Positions 1 through 4,306 of a DNA stretch of 4,306 nt are shown here, piece by piece; positions within the stretch are counted from its first letter, which is position 1, and each line of letters begins with the position of its first letter. The stretch is from the IMG/VR virus record IMGVR_UViG_2531839620_000008; one strand, given 5' to 3'. The position numbers were made by a program, and so were the translations under genes. The notes beneath the pieces were generated by a model. It saw only the letters and a list, made by a program, of their open reading frames with translations, made no database searches and was not told the origin of the DNA. This DNA is from a virus (taxonomy: Duplodnaviria; Heunggongvirae; Uroviricota; Caudoviricetes).

Positions 1-199
1 CGGACAGGGCGTGCGTGTTGAAGGCTCCAGCCCGTCCCTGTTTGTCCGGACTGATGATGTGCGGCAACTGCGGCGTGGAGACACGCTGACCATCGGTGAG
101 GAAAACTTCTGGATAGACCGGATTTCGACGGATGATGGCGGAAGCTGTCATCTCTGGCTTGGGCGGGGCGTACCGCCTGCCGTTAACCGTCGTCGCTGA
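1..199 (+). CDS. FII: Head-tail joining protein gpFII, C-terminal fragment (5' end lies upstream of the window)
   Basis: The reading frame is open from the window edge (codons from nt 2: G-Q-G-V-R-V-E-G-S-S...) to TGA at 197-199. The translation ...VEGSSPSLFVRTDDVRQLRRGDTLTIGEENFWIDRISTDDGGSCHLWLGRGVPPAVNRRR matches the C-terminus of lambda gpFII as I recall it. The 'M' at 11 in the ORF track is an internal GTG, not the true start. Position directly upstream of Z fits lambda gene order. Confidence 0.85.
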   Translation, partial: GQGVRVEGSSPSLFVRTDDVRQLRRGDTLTIGEENFWIDRISTDDGGSCHLWLGRGVPPAVNRRR

Positions 200-207
200 A
201 GGGGGGA
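198..207 (+). promoter_or_regulatory. Shine-Dalgarno region for Z (GAAGGGGGGA), 3 nt upstream of the ATG at 211
   Basis: Purine/G-rich tract immediately 5' of the Z start codon, overlapping the FII stop codon. Confidence 0.6.
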
Positions 208-210
208 TGT

Positions 211-789
211 ATGGCCATAAAAGGTCTTGAGCAGGCCGTTGAAAACCTCAGTCGTATCAGCAAAACGGCGGTGCCTGGTGCGTCAGCAATGGCCATTAAC
301 CGCGTTGCTTCATCCGCGATATCGCAGTCGGCGTCACAGGTTGCCCGTGAGACAAGAGTACGCCGGAAACTGGTAAAGGAAAGGGCCAGGCTGAAAAGGG
401 CCACGGTTAAAAATCCGCAGGCCAGAATCAAGGTTAACCGGGGGGATTTGCCCGTAATCAAGCTGGGTAACGCGCGGGTTGTCCTGTCCCGACGCAGGCG
501 TCGTAAAAAGGGGCAGCGTTCATCCCTGAAAGGTGGCGGCAGCGTGCTTGTGGTGGGAAACCGTCGTATTCCCGGCGCGTTTATTCAGCAACTGAAAAAT
601 GGCCGGTGGCATGTCATGCAGCGTGTGGCCGGGAAAAACCGTTACCCCATTGATGTGGTGAAAATCCCGATGGCGGTGCCGCTGACCACGGCGTTTAAAC
701 AGAATATTGAGCGGATACGGCGTGAACGTCTTCCGAAAGAGCTGGGCTATGCGCTGCAGCATCAACTGAGAATGGTAATAAAGCGATGA
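211..789 (+). CDS. Z: Tail completion protein gpZ (192 aa)
   Basis: ORF 211-789 with ATG start and an SD just upstream. The translation MAIKGLEQAVENLSRISKTAVPG...RRRRRKKGQRSSLKGGG...[11 protein letters not shown] matches lambda gpZ in sequence and length as recalled. Lies between FII and U as in lambda. Confidence 0.95.
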   Translation: MAIKGLEQAVENLSRISKTAVPGASAMAINRVASSAISQSASQVARETRVRRKLVKERARLKRATVKNPQARIKVNRGDLPVIKLGNARVVLSRRRRRKKGQRSSLKGGGSVLVVGNRRIPGAFIQQLKNGRWHVMQRVAGKNRYPIDVVKIPMAVPLTTAFKQNIERIRRERLPKELGYALQHQLRMVIKR

Positions 790-1181
790 AACATACTGAA
801 CTCCGTGCAGCCGTACTGGATGCACTGGAGAAGCATGACACCGGGGCGACGTTTTTTGATGGTCGCCCCGCTGTTTTTGATGAGGCGGATTTTCCGGCAG
901 TTGCCGTTTATCTCACCGGCGCTGAATACACGGGCGAAGAGCTGGACAGCGATACCTGGCAGGCGGAGCTGCATATCGAAGTTTTCCTGCCTGCTCAGGT
1001 GCCGGATTCAGAGCTGGATGCGTGGATGGAGTCCCGGATTTATCCGGTGATGAGCGATATCCCGGCACTATCAGATTTGATCACCAGTATGGTGGCCAGT
1101 GGCTATGACTACCGGCGCGACGATGATGCGGGCCTGTGGAGTTCAGCCGATCTGACTTATGTCATTACCTATGAAATGTGA
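786..1181 (+). CDS. U: Tail terminator protein gpU (131 aa)
   Basis: ORF 786-1181. Its start codon overlaps the Z stop in an ATGA arrangement (ATG 786-788, TGA 787-789), indicating translational coupling. The translation [54 protein letters not shown]...LTYVITYEM matches lambda gpU as recalled. Confidence 0.95.
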   Translation: MKHTELRAAVLDALEKHDTGATFFDGRPAVFDEADFPAVAVYLTGAEYTGEELDSDTWQAELHIEVFLPAQVPDSELDAWMESRIYPVMSDIPALSDLITSMVASGYDYRRDDDAGLWSSADLTYVITYEM

Positions 1182-1184
1182 GGA
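1180..1184 (+). promoter_or_regulatory. Shine-Dalgarno (GAGGA) for V, 4 nt upstream of the ATG at 1189
   Basis: GAGGA motif overlapping the U stop codon (TGA 1179-1181), immediately before the V start. Confidence 0.65.
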
Positions 1185-1188
1185 CGAT

Positions 1189-1929
1189 ATGCCAACACCA
1201 AATCCTCTGGCACCGGTGAAAGGGGCCGGGACCACACTGTGGGTTTATAACGGGAACGGCGACCCATATGCAAACCCGCTTTCAGACAATGACTGGTCGC
1301 GTCTGGCAAAGGTTAAAGACCTGACGCCCGGCGAACTGACCGCTGAGTCCTATGACGACAGTTATCTCGATGATGAAGATGCGGACTGGGCCGCGACCGG
1401 ACAGGGGCAGAAATCCGCTGGAGATACCAGCTTCACGCTGGCGTGGATGCCCGGAGAGCAGGGGCAGCAGGCGCTGCTGGCGTGGTTTAATGAAGGTGAT
1501 ACCCGTGCCTATAAAATCCGCTTCCCGAACGGCACGGTCGATGTGTTCCGCGGCTGGGTCAGCAGTATCGGTAAGGCGGTGACGGCGAAGGAAGTGATCA
1601 CCCGCACGGTGAAAGTCACCAACGTGGGACGTCCGTCGATGGCAGAAGATCGCAGCACGGTAACAGCGGCAACCGGCATGACCGTGACGCCTGCCAGCAC
1701 CTCGGTGGTGAAAGGGCAGAGCACGACGCTGACCGTGGCATTCCAGCCGGAAGGCGCAACCGACAAGAGCTTCCGTGCGGTGTCTGCGGATAAAACAAAA
1801 GCCACCGTGTCGGTCAGTGGTATGACCATCACCGTGAAAGGTGTTGCTGCAGGCAAGGTCAACATTCCGGTCGTATCCGGTAATGGTGAGTTTGCTGCGG
1901 TTGCAGAAATCAACGTCACCGCCAGTTAA
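1189..1929 (+). CDS. V: Major tail tube protein gpV (246 aa) with C-terminal Ig-like domain
   Basis: The ORF track frame is open from 1159, but the SD-preceded ATG at 1189 gives [20 protein letters not shown]...AEINVTAS and a 246-aa product, the length I recall for lambda gpV. Strong similarity to lambda gpV through the N-terminal tube domain and the C-terminal Ig-like region. Stop TAA at 1927-1929. Confidence 0.95.
   Translation: MPTPNPLAPVKGAGTTLWVYNGNGDPYANPLSDNDWSRLAKVKDLTPGELTAESYDDSYLDDEDADWAATGQGQKSAGDTSFTLAWMPGEQGQQALLAWFNEGDTRAYKIRFPNGTVDVFRGWVSSIGKAVTAKEVITRTVKVTNVGRPSMAEDRSTVTAATGMTVTPASTSVVKGQSTTLTVAFQPEGATDKSFRAVSADKTKATVSVSGMTITVKGVAAGKVNIPVVSGNGEFAAVAEINVTAS
1666..1926 (+). 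other. Ig-like (Big_2-type) C-terminal domain of gpV (approximate boundaries)
   Basis: The C-terminal ~85 residues (…[90 protein letters not shown]) show the alternating hydrophobic/Thr/Val beta-strand pattern typical of bacterial Ig-like domains. Lambda gpV is known to carry a dispensable C-terminal Ig-like domain. Confidence 0.7.
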
Positions 1930-1932
1930 TCC

Positions 1933-1937
1933 GGAGA
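1933..1937 (+). promoter_or_regulatory. Shine-Dalgarno (GGAGA) for G, 7 nt upstream of the ATG at 1945
   Basis: GGAGA motif in the 15-nt V-G intergenic spacer. Confidence 0.65.
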
Positions 1938-1944
1938 ATCAGCG

Positions 1945-2367
1945 ATGTTCCTGAAAACCGAATCATTTGAACATAACGGCGTGACCGTCACGCTTTCTGA
2001 ACTGTCAGCCCTGCAGCGTATTGAGCATCTCGCCCTGATGAAACGGCAGGCAGAACAGGCGGAGTCAGACAGCAACCGGAAGTTTACTGTGGAAGACGCC
2101 ATCAGAACCGGCGCTTTTGTGGTGGCGATGTCCCTGTGGCATAACCATCCGAAGAAGACGCAGATGCCGTCCATGAATGAAGCCGTTAAACAGATTGAGC
2201 AGGAAGTGCTTACCACCTGGCCCGCGGAGGCAATTTCTCATGCTGAAAACGTGGTGTACCGGCTGTCCGGTATGTATGAGTTTGTGGTGAATGATGCCCC
2301 TGAACAGGCAGAGGACGCCGGGCCTGCAGAGCCTGTTTCTGCGGGAAAGTGTTCGACGGTGAGCTGA
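1945..2367 (+). CDS. G: Tail assembly chaperone gpG (140 aa)
   Basis: ORF 1945-2367. The translation MFLKTESFEHNGVTVTLSELSALQRIEHLALMKRQAEQAESD...SAGKCSTVS matches lambda gpG as recalled. The slippery heptamer GGGAAAG lies 6 codons before the stop, as in lambda. Confidence 0.93.
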   Translation: MFLKTESFEHNGVTVTLSELSALQRIEHLALMKRQAEQAESDSNRKFTVEDAIRTGAFVVAMSLWHNHPKKTQMPSMNEAVKQIEQEVLTTWPAEAISHAENVVYRLSGMYEFVVNDAPEQAEDAGPAEPVSAGKCSTVS

Positions 2368-2783
2368 GTTTTGCCCTGAAACTGGCGCGCGAGATGGGGC
2401 GACCCGACTGGCGTGCCATGCTTGCCGGGATGTCATCCACGGAGTATGCCGACTGGCACCGCTTTTACAGTACCCATTATTTTCATGATGTTCTGCTGGA
2501 TATGCACTTTTCCGGGCTGACGTACACCGTGCTCAGCCTGTTTTTCAGCGATCCGGATATGCATCCGCTGGATTTCAGTCTGCTGAACCGGCGTGAGGCT
2601 GACGAAGAGCCTGAAGATGATGTGCTGATGCAGAAAGCGGCAGGGCTTGCTGGAGGCGTTCGTTTTGGCCCGGACGGGAATGAAGTTATCCCCGCTTCCC
2701 CGGATGTGGCGGACATGACGGAGGATGACGTAATGCTGATGACAGTATCAGAAGGGATCGCAGGAGGAGTCCGGTATGGCTGA
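1945..2783 (+). CDS. T: Tail assembly chaperone gpGT, made by -1 frameshift at 2343-2349 (G residues 1-135 plus 144 T-frame codons, ~279 aa)
   Basis: The T frame (2349-2783; ...FDGELSFALKLAREMGRPDWRAMLAGMSSTEYADWHRFYSTHYFHDVLLDMHFSGL...GIAGGVRYG) has no ATG or SD of its own; the 'M' at 2349 in the ORF track is a GTG. It directly follows the slippery site, and its translation matches the lambda T region as recalled. Confidence 0.85.
2343..2349 (+). promoter_or_regulatory. Programmed -1 ribosomal frameshift slippery heptamer G_GGA_AAG (G frame), joining G to the T frame
   Basis: GGGAAAG at 2343-2349 is positioned in the G frame as G GGA AAG. The -1 frame is open from here to TGA at 2781-2783. 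This is the established lambda G-T frameshift arrangement. Confidence 0.85.
2762..2769 (+). promoter_or_regulatory. Shine-Dalgarno (AGGAGGAG) for H, 6 nt upstream of the ATG at 2776, inside the 3' end of the T frame
   Basis: Strong AGGAGG motif with canonical spacing to the H start codon. Confidence 0.75.
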
Positions 2784-4306
2784 ACCGGTAGGCGATCTGG
2801 TCGTTGATTTAAGTCTGGATGCGGCCAGATTTGACGAGCAGATGGCCAGAGTCAGGCGTCATTTTTCCGGTACGGAAAGTGATGCGAAAAAAACAGCGGC
2901 AGTCGTTGAACAGTCGATGAGCCGGCAGGCGCTGGCTGCACAGAAAGCGGGAATTTCCGTCGGGCAGTATAAAGCCGCCATGCGTATGCTGCCTGCGCAG
3001 TTCACTGACGTGGCCACGCAGCTTGCAGGTGGGCAAAGTCCGTGGCTGATCCTGCTGCAACAGGGGGGGCAGGTGAAGGACTCCTTCGGCGGGATGATCC
3101 CCATGTTCCGGGGGCTTGCCGGTGCGATCACCCTGCCGATGGTGGGGGCCACCTCGCTGGCGGTGGCGACCGGTGCGCTGGCGTATGCCTGGTATCAGGG
3201 CAACTCAACCCTGTCCGATTTCAACAAAACGCTGGTCCTTTCCGGCAATCAGGCCGGGCTGACGGCAGATCGTATGCTGGTCCTGTCCAGAGCCGGGCAG
3301 GCGGCAGGGCTGACGTTTAACCAGACCAGCGAGTCACTCAGCGCACTGGTTAAGGCGGGGGTAAGCGGTGAGGCTCAGATTGCGTCCATCAGCCAGAGTG
3401 TGGCGCGTTTCTCCTCTGCATCAGGCGTGGAGGTGGACAAGGTCGCTGAAGCCTTCGGGAAGCTGACCACTGACCCGACGTCGGGGCTGACAGCGATGGC
3501 GCGCCAGTTCCATAACGTGACGGCGGAGCAGATTGCGTATGTTGCTCAGTTGCAGCGTTCCGGCGAAGAAGCCGGGGCATTGCAGGCGGCGAACGAGGCC
3601 GCGACGAAAGGGTTTGATGACCAGACCCGCCGCCTGAAAGAGAACATGGGCACGCTGGAAACCTGGGCAGACAGGACAGCACGGGCATTCAAATCCATGT
3701 GGGATGCGGTGCTGGATATTGGTCGTCCTGATACCGCGCAGGAGATGCTGATTAAGGCAGAGGCCGCGTTTAAGAAAGCGGACGATATCTGGAATCTGCG
3801 CAAGGATGATTATTTTGTTAACGATGAAGCGCGGGCGCGTTACTGGGATGATCGTGAAAAGGCCCGTCTTGCGCTTGAAGCCGCCCGAAAGAAGGCTGAG
3901 CAGCAGAGTCAACAGGACAAAAATGCGCAGCAACAGAGCGATACCGAAGCGTCACGGCTGAAATATACCGAAGAGGCGCAGAAGGCTTACGAACGCCTGC
4001 AGACGCCGCTGGAGAAATATACCGCCCGTCAGGAAGAACTGAATAAGGCACTGAAAGACGGGAAAATCCTGCAGGCAGATTACAACACGCTGATGGCGGC
4101 GGCGAAAAAGGATTATGAATCGACGCTGAAAAAGCCGAAGTCGTCAGGAGTCAAAGTGTCAGCCGGTGAGCGTCAGGAAGACCAGGCGCATGCTGCCCTG
4201 CTGGCGCTTGAAACCGAGCTCAGGACGCTGGAAAAACACAGCGGTGCGAATGAGAAAATCAGCCAGCAGCGTCGCGATTTATGGAAAGCGGAAAATCAGT
4301 ATGCGG
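2776..4306 (+). CDS. H: Tail tape measure protein gpH, N-terminal ~510 codons (3' end beyond the window)
   Basis: ATG at 2776 preceded by AGGAGG. I translated the frame by hand and it is open with no stop to the window edge: MAEPVGDLVVDLSLDAARFDEQMARVRRHFSGTESDAKK...QQGGQVKDSFGGMIPMFRGLAGAITLPMVGATSLAVATGALAYAWYQGNSTLSDFNKTLVLSGNQAGLTADRMLVLSRAGQAAGLTFNQ...KISQQRRDLWKAENQYA. Matches lambda gpH as recalled. It is absent from the ORF track only because it has no in-window stop codon. It overlaps the end of the T frame by 8 nt. Confidence 0.93.
   Translation, partial: MAEPVGDLVVDLSLDAARFDEQMARVRRHFSGTESDAKKTAAVVEQSMSRQALAAQKAGISVGQYKAAMRMLPAQFTDVATQLAGGQSPWLILLQQGGQVKDSFGGMIPMFRGLAGAITLPMVGATSLAVATGALAYAWYQGNSTLSDFNKTLVLSGNQAGLTADRMLVLSRAGQAAGLTFNQTSESLSALVKAGVSGEAQIASISQSVARFSSASGVEVDKVAEAFGKLTTDPTSGLTAMARQFHNVTAEQIAYVAQLQRSGEEAGALQAANEAATKGFDDQTRRLKENMGTLETWADRTARAFKSMWDAVLDIGRPDTAQEMLIKAEAAFKKADDIWNLRKDDYFVNDEARARYWDDREKARLALEAARKKAEQQSQQDKNAQQQSDTEASRLKYTEEAQKAYERLQTPLEKYTARQEELNKALKDGKILQADYNTLMAAAKKDYESTLKKPKSSGVKVSAGERQEDQAHAALLALETELRTLEKHSGANEKISQQRRDLWKAENQYA

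Noticed and set aside
183-461. Minus-strand ORF of 92 aa spanning the FII/Z junction
   Set aside because: It is antisense to Z and FII, with no independent support. The dense + strand operon makes a convergent embedded gene unlikely.
520-825. Minus-strand ORF of 101 aa antisense to Z and the start of U
   Set aside because: It is antisense to two well-supported genes and has no SD. It is His/Arg-rich, as expected from reverse-complementing this coding region.
762-974. Minus-strand ORF of 70 aa across the Z/U junction
   Set aside because: It is antisense to two well-supported genes, with no expression signals.
805-1050. + strand alternate-frame ORF of 81 aa inside U
   Set aside because: It overlaps U in a different frame, has no SD, and has no recognisable protein features.
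1159-1188. Upstream ATG at 1159 as the V start (ORF track 1159-1929, 256 aa)
   Set aside because: It lies inside the U coding sequence and lacks an SD. The ATG at 1189 is preceded by GAGGA and gives the expected 246-aa gpV.
1352-1582. + strand alternate-frame ORF of 76 aa inside V
   Set aside because: Same as above: an out-of-frame overlap with the strongly supported V gene.
1509-1919. Minus-strand ORF of 136 aa antisense to V
   Set aside because: It is fully embedded in the V coding region, which has strong recognisable similarity on the + strand. No SD; Thr/Val/Ala-rich translation mirrors the V Ig-domain codons.
1926-2436. Minus-strand ORFs (1926-2216, 2065-2436, 2210-2440) antisense to G/T
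   Set aside because: They overlap one another and the well-supported G and T frames. Cys/Arg/His-rich translations are typical of spurious antisense frames.
2483-2716. Minus-strand ORF of 77 aa antisense to the T frame
   Set aside because: It is an antisense artefact inside the G-T extension, with a Ser-rich low-complexity translation.
2349-2783. T frame as an independent gene starting at GTG 2349 (as drawn in the ORF track)
   Set aside because: The GTG has no SD and is the last base of the slippery heptamer. The frame is expressed as the G-T frameshift fusion, not as a stand-alone protein.
3063-3069. G7 homopolymer tract inside H (also G6 at 201-206) as a possible slippage or phase-variation site
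   Set aside because: It encodes Gln-Gly-Gly in frame in a conserved structural gene. There is no indication of contingency-locus behaviour in lambda-type tail genes, and such runs are expected by chance in GC-rich sequence.
2809-3152. Minus-strand ORFs (2809-3060, 2859-3152) antisense to the 5' part of H
   Set aside because: They are embedded in H, overlap each other and have no SD. They are artefacts of an open antisense frame.
3042-3320. + strand alternate-frame ORF of 92 aa, Gly/Arg/Ala-rich, inside H
   Set aside because: It is out of frame with H and has an extreme low-complexity composition with no SD. A real overlapping gene is possible but unsupported.
3389-3688. Minus-strand ORF of 99 aa, Pro/Ser/Arg-rich, antisense to H
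   Set aside because: Same reasoning: an antisense artefact inside H with a biased composition and no expression signals.
3546-3803. Minus-strand ORF of 85 aa antisense to H
   Set aside because: Same reasoning: it lies within H on the opposite strand with no SD, and has an Ala/Ser-rich low-complexity translation.
3421-3933. Minus-strand ORF of 170 aa antisense to H
   Set aside because: It lies entirely within the H coding frame on the opposite strand and has no SD. Its translation is Arg/Pro/Leu-rich and of low complexity, as expected from reverse-complementing GC-rich coding sequence. The + strand frame is the one with recognisable protein similarity.
3818-4051. Minus-strand ORF of 77 aa antisense to H
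   Set aside because: Same reasoning: it lies within H on the opposite strand, with no expression signals.

Overview
This window is the tail-morphogenesis segment of a phage lambda-type siphovirus, either lambda itself or a near-identical lambdoid prophage of Enterobacteriaceae. I recognise the translated proteins from memory; no database search was run. All genes are on the + strand in the canonical lambda order: the 3' end of FII, then Z, U, V, G, the G-T frameshift product, and the first ~510 codons of H, which runs off the 3' edge. Genes are tightly packed, with gaps of 15 nt or less or overlapping stop/start codons, and most have a recognisable Shine-Dalgarno sequence. No promoter, terminator, RNA gene, CRISPR array, mobile element or inserted accessory gene is visible. 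All minus-strand and alternate-frame ORFs in the track lie inside these genes and look like artefacts of a GC-rich, densely coding region. I find no sequence support for a novel or undescribed system here. The points worth a second look are the G-T programmed -1 frameshift, the H gene missing from the ORF track, and the Ig-like C-terminal domain of V.
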